Shown here in pieces: positions 58,033 through 64,000 of a stretch of 64,000 nucleotides of DNA (position 1 is its first letter; every line of letters starts with the position of its first letter). The stretch is from an uncultured Gammaproteobacteria bacterium (GTDB taxonomy: Bacteria; Patescibacteriota; Microgenomatia; PFEM01; DATLAM01): contig CAZMIZ010000002.1 in assembly GCA_964566925.1 (NCBI GenBank), positions 8,647 through 72,646 on the forward strand. Reading direction: 5' to 3'. The position numbers and the translations under genes were made by a program. Under the pieces are notes generated by a model that saw only the letters and a list, made by a program, of their open reading frames with translations, did no database searches and was not told the DNA's origin.

Positions 58033-58575
58033 TTATCTTTTTCTTAGAAAAATTTGTCTTTCTAAGAGATCGAATGCTTGAAGGTGGGCAGGATCAGTGA
58101 CCAGCTTTCTTGCTTGAGCGATGGTTACCCACTTTGATTGATTAAATTCTTCTGAATCAGTCTGAAAATTACGGCCATCAGTGGGGAGTAAATACCAAAG
58201 ATCAAAATGGGTCCGACAGATTTGAGGGAGGTTATTAATCTTGGTAATCGTCAACAGAAAAGGATTGCCAATTTGTTTTTTAGTTAACTCAATTCCCAGT
58301 TCTTCTTTGATTTCTCTAACCACAGTTTTAAGAGGAGATTCGCCTTTTTCAATATGCCCTCCAGTTATAAGCCAACGGCCGGCCTTTTTGTGATAGATAA
58401 TAAATATTTTTTGAGATATGGGGTTGTAAGGCAGAAAATAAACACAAAAATGGTTTTCTTTATTTTCGCTTCTAAGCAAGTTGCCCTCATTAATTCTTTG
58501 GAGAAAGCGACGATAAACTTTTTTATCGCAAAGCGAGGGATCAAGAATTTTTCTTAATTGGTTAGCAAGGTTCAT
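58033..58575 (-). CDS. NUDIX hydrolase
   Basis: Nudix box GGHIEKGESPLKTVVREIKEELGI. Confidence 0.8.
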   Translation of the reverse strand: MNLANQLRKILDPSLCDKKVYRRFLQRINEGNLLRSENKENHFCVYFLPYNPISQKIFIIYHKKAGRWLITGGHIEKGESPLKTVVREIKEELGIELTKKQIGNPFLLTITKINNLPQICRTHFDLWYLLPTDGRNFQTDSEEFNQSKWVTIAQARKLVTDPAHLQAFDLLERQIFLRKR

Positions 58576-58576
58576 G

Positions 58577-59773
58577 TTAGGATTTTTTCTTTATCTGATA
58601 ATATCTCTTTCCCTTTAATTTTTTTGGGAGGAGGTTTTTATCCTTGCGGGGATACTTTTCATAGTCGCGGCCGTAGCCCAAATCTTTCATTAACTTCGTT
58701 GAGGCGTTGAGGATTTCCAGGGGAATTGGGAGATTACCGTGTCTTCTAACATCTTCTTGGGCGGCTCTCAAACCATTGTAAGCCGACCGATCCTTTGGGG
58801 CTTTGGCGAGATAAACTGTTCCGTGGGCCAGATTGATAGCACATTCGGGATAACCAATCGTCTCACAGGCTCTAAAGACCTCGTTAGCAACTACCAGGGC
58901 GGTTGGTTGGGCCATTCCTATATCTTCACTGGCAAAGATAACCATTCGCCTAGCAATAAACAGGGGGTCTTCGCCTGCTTCCACCATCCGGGCTAGATAA
59001 TATAAGGCAGCGTTAATGTCACTAGCGCGCATGCTTTTAATATAGGCACTAATCGTGTTGTAATGCTCATCACCCGCTTTGTCATAAAGCAAAGATTGTT
59101 TTTGGAAAACATCTTTAATTAATTGAAGCGAAATGTTTTTCTTACCCCTATTAATCGAGCTGGCGATTTCGATGGCGTTTAAGGCGATCCGGGCGTCGCC
59201 GCTTGCGGCCTGGATTAAAAAATCAAGGGTTTTGGGTGCCATTTTTAATTTCAGTTCTTTTAAGCCTCTTTTAATGACGATCTTTAATTCTTCTGGTTCA
59301 AGTTGATTGAGAACAAAAACCCGGCTGCGTGACAAGAGCGGGCCAATGACCTCAAAAGAAGGATTTTCGGTCGTCGCCCCAATTAAGATGATAGTCCCCT
59401 TCTCTACATGAGGCAAAAAAGCATCTTGTTGGGCCTTATTGAACCGATGGATTTCGTCTAAGAAAAAAATTGTTTTTTGATTAAAGGCGTTTAAACGTTC
59501 CTCAGCCGCTTTGACAATCTGACGGACATCAGCCAGAGTGGTGGTGACCGCTGAATGAGAAGCAAAATGGCTTTTGGTTAGACCAGCAATAATATGAGCC
59601 AAAGTAGTTTTGCCTGACCCTGGTGGCCCCCAGAAAATTATTGAAGGTAACTGGTCTGATTGGATCAGCTTGCGGATGATCCCATCTCTCCCTACTAGAT
59701 GCTTTTGGCCAACAAACTCCTTAAGGGTTTTTGGTCGGATTCTGTCAGCTAGGGGTGATTGGGTTTTTCCCAT
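58577..59773 (-). CDS. rarA: replication-associated recombination protein A (AAA+ ATPase RarA/MgsA)
   Basis: RPKTLKEFVGQKHL, Walker A GPPGSGKTTLA, DEIHRFNKAQQD and the C-terminal MgsA helical domain. Confidence 0.9.
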   Translation of the reverse strand: MGKTQSPLADRIRPKTLKEFVGQKHLVGRDGIIRKLIQSDQLPSIIFWGPPGSGKTTLAHIIAGLTKSHFASHSAVTTTLADVRQIVKAAEERLNAFNQKTIFFLDEIHRFNKAQQDAFLPHVEKGTIILIGATTENPSFEVIGPLLSRSRVFVLNQLEPEELKIVIKRGLKELKLKMAPKTLDFLIQAASGDARIALNAIEIASSINRGKKNISLQLIKDVFQKQSLLYDKAGDEHYNTISAYIKSMRASDINAALYYLARMVEAGEDPLFIARRMVIFASEDIGMAQPTALVVANEVFRACETIGYPECAINLAHGTVYLAKAPKDRSAYNGLRAAQEDVRRHGNLPIPLEILNASTKLMKDLGYGRDYEKYPRKDKNLLPKKLKGKRYYQIKKKS

Positions 59774-59818
59774 AGTCTTATTTTAGCCGAAGAAAACCCA
59801 AAGAGTCAAGAGGTTGGT

Positions 59819-60145
59819 TTACTCTTCAAACTCGACTTCCATATCCAAGACTGGCGGGTTAAGGCCAGTTTCGCGAAGGTCAACTTCTTGGAGGTCAGTT
59901 TCGTTGGCTTCGAGGTCAACTTCAATGCTTAAAATAGTTGAGTCGTTGGCATAAGCTGAAGGAGTGGCCACGGTTTCTGAAATTGGGGTAGGCGTTGGCG
60001 TGGTTGAGGTCAATGATAGTCCCCCGCTTTCCAGCATTTGGTGAAGATAAGTCACCCAGAGAATGGCAAAGCTTAGAGAAAGAATGACGAAAATCAAAAC
60101 AACGATAATGATTTTCTGTTGTCGATGAATCGCTCTTTTAATCAC
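59819..60145 (-). CDS. small single-pass membrane protein with TPTPTP linker and acidic tail (module B, gene 2)
   Basis: A TM helix, TTPTPTPISE and an acidic repetitive tail (DLEANETDLQEVDL...). Overlaps the upstream gene by 8 nt. Paralogous in architecture to 54019-54420. Confidence 0.5.
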   Translation of the reverse strand: MIKRAIHRQQKIIIVVLIFVILSLSFAILWVTYLHQMLESGGLSLTSTTPTPTPISETVATPSAYANDSTILSIEVDLEANETDLQEVDLRETGLNPPVLDMEVEFEE

Positions 60146-60947
60146 CTTTTAACTCCCGAATAATCTCCAAAAGATAGGAATTGGCCTCTTTAAGGTATTG
60201 GTGGGATTCGCTTAGATTATCTTGAGCCTCACTGTAAACGTTACCTTTATTCTGCTCACGCGCTTTGAGTTTGGCTAAAAGGGATTGGGCGGCAAATTGT
60301 TTTTCTTTGCTTAGAGTTAGCCGATTTTGGGCTTCCAAAAGCCAGCGCTCTATGGTTTTGGTGTCTATTTTGCCTTCTTGTCTGATTTGGGCCACCTTGT
60401 CTTCAAGGGCATTAATTTGTTCCTGAACCTGATCCCGAAGAAGGTTCTCTTTACCGGCCAGGACAGTTCCTAACGTTTGATAAGCAATCACTTCCGTTTC
60501 TGGATAACGTTCCTGAGCTTCTTGTGAGAGATCAACCAGATCAGGAATGGTGCCGGCGCTGGTGATGGTATAGCGGTGGCCTTCATACCAGGAAATTTCG
60601 TTATTCAATCTAAGCTTAACAATTTGCTGCTCATAAGGAGAAACTCCTGATGTTTCGCTCAACTTAAGCCTTAGGGCTAGTAAATAAGTTCTGGTGGTTT
60701 CATCCCGAGTCTCGAGTATTTTTTTGGTTTTTTCTAGGGCGGTTGTTTTGGAGGTTAAAGTTTTGTAAGCCAAATATTGCTGCTTAGCGGCCACATACTC
60801 AGTGTGGGCGGTCCGATACTGGTTGTAATTATAGAGATAGTCGTTGTAAGCGCGAGTAAAATTATATTCCTGGCCAAGGGCAGGGGGAATCAACAAGGAA
60901 GAAAAAATAAGGAATAAAAAGAAGGAGATGATAGGCAGATACTTCAT
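60138..60947 (-). CDS. secreted coiled-coil protein (module B, gene 1)
   Basis: Signal peptide MKYLPIISFFLFLIFSSLLIPPALG followed by coiled-coil regions. Paralogous in architecture to 54420-55073. Confidence 0.55.
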   Translation of the reverse strand: MKYLPIISFFLFLIFSSLLIPPALGQEYNFTRAYNDYLYNYNQYRTAHTEYVAAKQQYLAYKTLTSKTTALEKTKKILETRDETTRTYLLALRLKLSETSGVSPYEQQIVKLRLNNEISWYEGHRYTITSAGTIPDLVDLSQEAQERYPETEVIAYQTLGTVLAGKENLLRDQVQEQINALEDKVAQIRQEGKIDTKTIERWLLEAQNRLTLSKEKQFAAQSLLAKLKAREQNKGNVYSEAQDNLSESHQYLKEANSYLLEIIRELKGD

Positions 60948-60978
60948 GCTTTCATCTTACAATTTGGAAATTAAAATT

Positions 60979-61350
60979 TCAACTACCTAAAAGATTTAAA
61001 ATGATTTGCTGGATAGGATCGGTGGTAATCGGGTCTTGGCTGATAAAAAAGATTGAACCGATAAAAATTAAAGCCCCCACAACGATATGGGCAATCTTAA
61101 TTTCATGGGCGGGTTTGACGAGAAGGGCCAGGCCATAAGTACCACTAGCAATCATGCTGATATAGATGATGATTGCTTTTTCGATTAGACTTTCTTCAGC
61201 CCCTAGAGATTGATAGCCGTGATAGTTGGCCAATTGGGGGTAAACAAAGAAGATGGCACTGACAGAAAGTAAAATTTGATAAAGGCCAGAGAGAATGAGG
61301 AGAACAGAAGTTATTTTGGCCAAGAGATACCTGAGATCCATTTTAGTCAA
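60979..61350 (-). CDS. hypothetical membrane protein
   Basis: 123 aa with 3-4 TM segments. Confidence 0.5.
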   Translation of the reverse strand: MTKMDLRYLLAKITSVLLILSGLYQILLSVSAIFFVYPQLANYHGYQSLGAEESLIEKAIIIYISMIASGTYGLALLVKPAHEIKIAHIVVGALIFIGSIFFISQDPITTDPIQQIILNLLGS

Positions 61351-61391
61351 TCATACATCATTGGAATGAGGTCAACAACCGGCTTTTATTT

Positions 61392-62603
61392 TTACTCGTA
61401 TCTTAAGGCGTCAATGGGGTTTAACCTGGCGGCCTTAGCGGCCGGAGCCACGCCAAAAATAATCCCAATTACGCTGGAAACGCCAAAGGCCAGGCCAATA
61501 GCCCAGGGAGTAACCGTGGTCGTAAAAAAGCGTCCTACCAGGAAGGCACCCCCTATTCCCAGAAGGATACCAATTAAACCTCCAAATAAGGAAAGAACCA
61601 CAGCCTCGATTAAAAATTGAGTAAGGATATTTTGAGGGGTGGCACCAACCGCCTTGCGGAGACCGACTTCTCGCGTCCTTTCGGTAACCGAAACCAACAT
61701 GATATTCATAATCCCAATCCCGCCAACTATTAGAGAAATAGCGGCGATGCCTCCTAGGGCGGCGGTTAAGACGCTAAGAATGCTGGAAACAACGCTTAAG
61801 ATACTTTTGGTGTCCAAAACAGAAAATTCATCATCGTCTAAAGTTTTAAGAAGAATTTTTTCAATCTCTTCTTTGGTTTCAGGAACCGTTTCCGAGCTTT
61901 GGGATTGAACCCAAAGCGATTGGATGTATTCCATGTCGAACTGGCGCATGGCGGTCGTCGCCGGGATAAACACCTGGTCATCCATGTCAATTCCGCCAAA
62001 GCTCCCCTTCTCCTCTAAAACTCCGATGACAGAATATCTCTGATCCGAAACGGTTATTTTTTTGCCAATGGGATCTTCTTGGTCAAAAAGATCTTCAGCC
62101 ACACTTTTCCCTAAAACGGCTACCTTTTTGGCTGAATTATATTGAGATTGAGAAAAAAAAGATCCTTGAGCTATTTTTTGGTCTCGAACTTCTTGATAAT
62201 TTGGGCTAACCCCTGAGACTTGGGTAATATGGGTTTTGCCTTTATAGCTCATGGTACCGTTGTTTTCAGTATAAGCCATGACGTGCTTAATGGTTTTAGC
62301 CTGCCTTTCCAAATCAGTCACGTGGTCGAAGGTGAATTTTGAGGCGGCTGCACCTGCTCCTGGGACGCCCCCGCCCCCACCGCCACCAGGTTCAATTTCA
62401 AATTCTCCGGGAATAACAAAAAGCCCATTTGCTCCCAGACCCTCCAATTGTTTGGTGATATAGGTTTTTAAACCTGAACCGATGGAGATAAGGAGAATCA
62501 CCGAGGTGACGCCAATAATAATTCCTAACATGGTTAGAAAGGAGCGCATTTTGTTGGCTTTTAAGGCCTCAAGGGCAACTTTAATGGCTTCAGCTAGATC
62601 CAC
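61392..62603 (-). CDS. ABC transporter permease, FtsX/MacB family
   Basis: N-terminal TM helix, a MacB-like periplasmic domain and a C-terminal FtsX 3-TM domain. Contains a Gly-run insertion EPGGGGGGGVPGAGAAAS. Confidence 0.85.
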   Translation of the reverse strand: MDLAEAIKVALEALKANKMRSFLTMLGIIIGVTSVILLISIGSGLKTYITKQLEGLGANGLFVIPGEFEIEPGGGGGGGVPGAGAAASKFTFDHVTDLERQAKTIKHVMAYTENNGTMSYKGKTHITQVSGVSPNYQEVRDQKIAQGSFFSQSQYNSAKKVAVLGKSVAEDLFDQEDPIGKKITVSDQRYSVIGVLEEKGSFGGIDMDDQVFIPATTAMRQFDMEYIQSLWVQSQSSETVPETKEEIEKILLKTLDDDEFSVLDTKSILSVVSSILSVLTAALGGIAAISLIVGGIGIMNIMLVSVTERTREVGLRKAVGATPQNILTQFLIEAVVLSLFGGLIGILLGIGGAFLVGRFFTTTVTPWAIGLAFGVSSVIGIIFGVAPAAKAARLNPIDALRYE

Positions 62604-63264
62604 TGGTTACTTCTCCGTCAACTATTTTAATTATTCTTTTGGCAAACTTGGCAATTTGAGATTCATGGGTAACCACTACCACGGTGTGACCTTTTTGGTT
62701 CAAATTTTTTAGAATTTTCATAATTTCGACTCCGGCTTTTGAATCAAGGTTTCCCGTGGGTTCATCAGCAAAAATGATGGCCGGATTGTTAATCAGGGCA
62801 CGAGCAATGGCCACTCTTTGTTGTTCGCCTCCAGAAAGCTGGTTAGGAAGATGATTGATTCGATCACCCAAATTAACTGTTTTTAAAGCCTTAATTGCCT
62901 CTCGTTTCATTTTCGAATAGGAAAAATTAGCGTAAAAAAGAGGGAGCATGACATTATCCAGGGCCGAGGTGCGAGGGATTAAATTGAAGGCTTGGAAAAC
63001 AAAACCAATTTTTTTGTTTCTGATCCGAGCCAATTCTGACTCTGAAAACTTGGAAACATCTTTGCCTTCAAGAAAAACTTTGCCCGAAGTAGGGGTATCA
63101 AGACAACCGGCAATGTGCATTAAAGTGGATTTGCCGCTTCCCGAAGGCCCCATGATGGCCAGAAAATCACCCTTTTTAATGGCCAGATTTATTTTTTTAA
63201 TAGCCTGAACTGCTAAAGAATCAAGGCGGTAGTTTTTGGAAACATTGACGAGCTTGAGAAGCAT
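62590..63264 (-). CDS. ABC transporter ATP-binding protein (MacB/LolD-like)
   Basis: Walker [11 protein letters not shown]-loop, signature [15 protein letters not shown], Walker [13 protein letters not shown] and H-loop. Confidence 0.9.
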   Translation of the reverse strand: MLLKLVNVSKNYRLDSLAVQAIKKINLAIKKGDFLAIMGPSGSGKSTLMHIAGCLDTPTSGKVFLEGKDVSKFSESELARIRNKKIGFVFQAFNLIPRTSALDNVMLPLFYANFSYSKMKREAIKALKTVNLGDRINHLPNQLSGGEQQRVAIARALINNPAIIFADEPTGNLDSKAGVEIMKILKNLNQKGHTVVVVTHESQIAKFAKRIIKIVDGEVTSGSS

Positions 63265-63272
63265 GACTTTGA

Positions 63273-64000
63273 TTACTTCTTTTCTCCGGTAATCACTACT
63301 TGCCCTTCCGAGAGGCCTTCAATAATTTCTACTCTCGTGTCTGATTCAATTCCCGACTTAACTTTGACTTCTTTTATTTTTCTGCCTTCAATAATCTCAA
63401 CAGATTTTTCTCCATCTTTTTCGCTAAGGGCTTCGGTGGGAATAGTGATTACCTCTTCCTTTTGGGCAATGATAATTTCCGCGTCGCCGTTCATGCCTAC
63501 TTTAAATCTCTCTTCCGTGTTTTCAGGTAGGTAGATATCCACTGGAAAAGCGGTCCCGCCGCCTCTGGTGGTGATGGCCGCAAAAGCGATTTGAGCTATT
63601 TCTCCTTCAAATTCTTGGTCAGGATAAGCGTCAAGGGCAACAACGACTTTTTGCCCCACTCGGATATTGCCGACGTCGGCTTCGTCGACATTGGCCACGA
63701 ATTTCATTTCCAGAGAACCAGCGATGGTAAAGGTGGCGGTGGCGGGAGTGATGTTAACGCCGGCAATGGGGACATCAATATTGGTGACGATGCCCTCCAT
63801 AGGGCTAATAATGGTGGCTAATTTAACGGTGAGATCAGCTATTTCGACATCCAAAATAGTGTTATCAAGGTCGAATTGGGCTTTTTCCAAAATTCTTTGG
63901 AAGGCGTCGGTAATGTAAATTTCCTCATAGTCTTCATGGGTTTGTTCAAAATCCCAACGCTCATTCATGTAATCGTTAAGTTCCTTTTTTAATTTTTTTT
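63273..64000 (-). CDS. HlyD/MacA-family periplasmic adaptor (membrane fusion protein), 5' end beyond window
   Basis: The reading frame continues upstream of the tracked ATG with no stop before the window edge. The C-terminal beta-barrel/MP domain resembles membrane fusion proteins, and the gene is co-oriented with the ABC genes. Confidence 0.7.
   Translation of the reverse strand, partial: KKLKKELNDYMNERWDFEQTHEDYEEIYITDAFQRILEKAQFDLDNTILDVEIADLTVKLATIISPMEGIVTNIDVPIAGVNITPATATFTIAGSLEMKFVANVDEADVGNIRVGQKVVVALDAYPDQEFEGEIAQIAFAAITTRGGGTAFPVDIYLPENTEERFKVGMNGDAEIIIAQKEEVITIPTEALSEKDGEKSVEIIEGRKIKEVKVKSGIESDTRVEIIEGLSEGQVVITGEKK

Overview
This is a dense, mostly housekeeping window of about 75 genes. 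Its gene content suggests a small-genome bacterium, possibly a CPR/Patescibacteria-like lineage, but that is inference only.

Recognisable core genes:
- dnaB (C-terminal end), efp, lgt, gyrB and gyrA (separated by ppaC), holB, tgt, recG, tyrS, dtd and a class A PBP.
- A conserved thrS-infC-rpmI-rplT-[small ORF]-pheS-pheT block with a tRNA-Val abutting the thrS start codon.
- rpsP, a KH-domain gene, rnc, nusB and rpmF, plus a trigger factor, rarA and a MacAB-like ABC efflux set.

The largest functional unit is a complete type IV pilus locus without a secretin at 22754-35189: pilB, pilT, pilC, pilD, ten prepilin-like genes and pilM/N/O.

Observations worth a second look:
- 1051-1270: a complete tRNA-Leu(CAA) sits between two tRNA-like half segments that share a perfect 7-bp acceptor pairing, giving a nested or interrupted tRNA-like locus.
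- 9732-10803: a 1.07-kb ORF-free, AT-rich region with inverted repeats precedes a Xer-like tyrosine recombinase.
- 11765-15290: a minus-strand operon next to that recombinase encodes an ArmA/Rmt/FmrO-family 16S rRNA m7G1405 methyltransferase (the aminoglycoside-resistance type), an unrecognisable 662-aa protein and a tandem-LuxR-HTH regulator.
- Perfect heptanucleotide tandem repeats occur four times: twice inside pilD, once at the 5' end of a pilin gene and once in pheS. The pilus ones are candidate phase-variation switches.
- Two paralogous two-gene modules (secreted coiled-coil protein plus small membrane protein with an acidic tail) lie at 54019-55073 and 59819-60947.
- A standalone Cas4-like nuclease sits next to a DUF763 gene with no CRISPR array.
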